Source: Candidatus Omnitrophota bacterium
GTDB lineage: Bacteria > Omnitrophota > Gorgyraeia > Velamenicoccales > Velamenicoccaceae
DNA length: 64,000 nucleotides
Direction of reading: 5' to 3'
Assembly (NCBI GenBank): GCA_043819345.1
Contig: JBDREX010000009.1
Span: forward strand, 39,911-103,910
How positions within the stretch are numbered: the first letter of the stretch is position 1
Text below: more notes on this DNA, generated by a model
The model's database searches: none
What the model was told of the DNA's origin: nothing
What the model saw: the letters and a program-made list of their open reading frames with translations, nothing else
The DNA itself: not shown here

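Noticed and set aside
3068-63954. The 60-105-aa ORFs in the supplied track as real small genes (for example 31266-31583 +, 56241-56552 +, 7191-7502 +, 13823-14131 +, 52570-52881 +, 20293-20574 -)
   Set aside because: All of them lie inside the giant ORF in the five other frames. Their translations are compositionally odd (rich in S, P, K, N, I and F, low complexity) with no recognisable motifs. Many plus-strand ones are in the exact antisense phase, which is typically open opposite a real gene. They are shadow ORFs.
1-64000. Stop-codon reassignment (alternative genetic code) as the reason the ORF track shows only short ORFs
   Set aside because: No recoding is needed. One minus-strand frame is completely free of TAA, TAG and TGA under the standard code. 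In that frame the plus-strand taa/tag/tga triplets are simply antisense of TTA, CTA and TCA sense codons.
1-64000. Several adjacent genes whose boundaries coincide with the signal-like or TM segments (for example at about 34990 or 53263)
   Set aside because: I found no in-frame stop anywhere near these points. The same frame continues straight through them, and the ORF track shows no ORF ending in this phase.
1-64000. An NRPS/PKS megasynthase or a repetitive Ig/cadherin-type giant adhesin
   Set aside because: I saw no adenylation, condensation, ketosynthase or carrier-protein core motifs. There are no long runs of near-identical 90-110-aa repeats, and most of the sequence is unique. The domains recognised are of quite different kinds.
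1-64000. A pseudogene or decaying non-functional sequence, or a chimeric assembly artefact
   Set aside because: A decayed gene or a random join would not keep 21,333 codons in frame without a stop in AT-rich DNA, and catalytic motifs (M48, GHKL, LMW-PTP P-loop, GlpX blocks) are intact. Collapse or expansion within the internal repeats cannot be excluded without long reads.
1-64000. rRNA, tRNA, mobile elements, prophage genes, promoters or terminators
   Set aside because: Nothing in the window looks like structured RNA genes, inverted-repeat-bounded elements or transposase/integrase motifs. There is no intergenic space in which promoters or terminators of this gene could lie.

Overview
The whole 64,000-nt window is the interior of one uninterrupted minus-strand reading frame. 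Its codons are the plus-strand triplets starting at 2, 5, 8 and so on. That gives 21,333 sense codons under the standard code, with no start and no stop inside the window. This explains the ORF track. The real ORF is open at both window edges, so it was never listed, and every listed 60-105-aa ORF is a shadow ORF in one of the five non-coding frames. I see no rRNA, tRNA, CRISPR array, mobile element or intergenic region.

The encoded fragment is not a monotonous repeat protein. It is a mosaic with at least 8 clusters of hydrophobic (transmembrane-like) helices and two internal signal-peptide-like segments. The domains I can recognise by motif are:
- **Regulatory-like:** two sigma-70-region-2-like modules, three arrays of helical or HTH-like repeats, and a Fis-type HTH.
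- **Signalling-like:** a GHKL ATPase, a low-molecular-weight phosphatase P-loop, a degenerate Fic motif, and a receiver domain lacking its phospho-acceptor.
- **Enzyme-like:** GNAT-like, ATP-grasp, GlpX-type FBPase-like, and a tandem pair of DprA/Smf-like domains.
- **Envelope or protease-like:** an M48 metalloprotease, a second HEXXH, a transglutaminase-like Cys/His/Asp triad, a beta-barrel-like segment, VanZ-like, LysM and TPRs.

Three further signals stand out. A short motif SSP[L/I] recurs at least 20 times and always lies outside the recognised domains, usually at a junction between them. There are 27-32-nt perfectly or nearly conserved islands kilobases apart, and several module duplications.

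Genes of this size class are very rare. From memory they have been predicted mainly in metagenomic Omnitrophota, but taxonomy cannot be assigned from this window. All translation was done by eye, and domain borders are approximate (about +/-30 nt).
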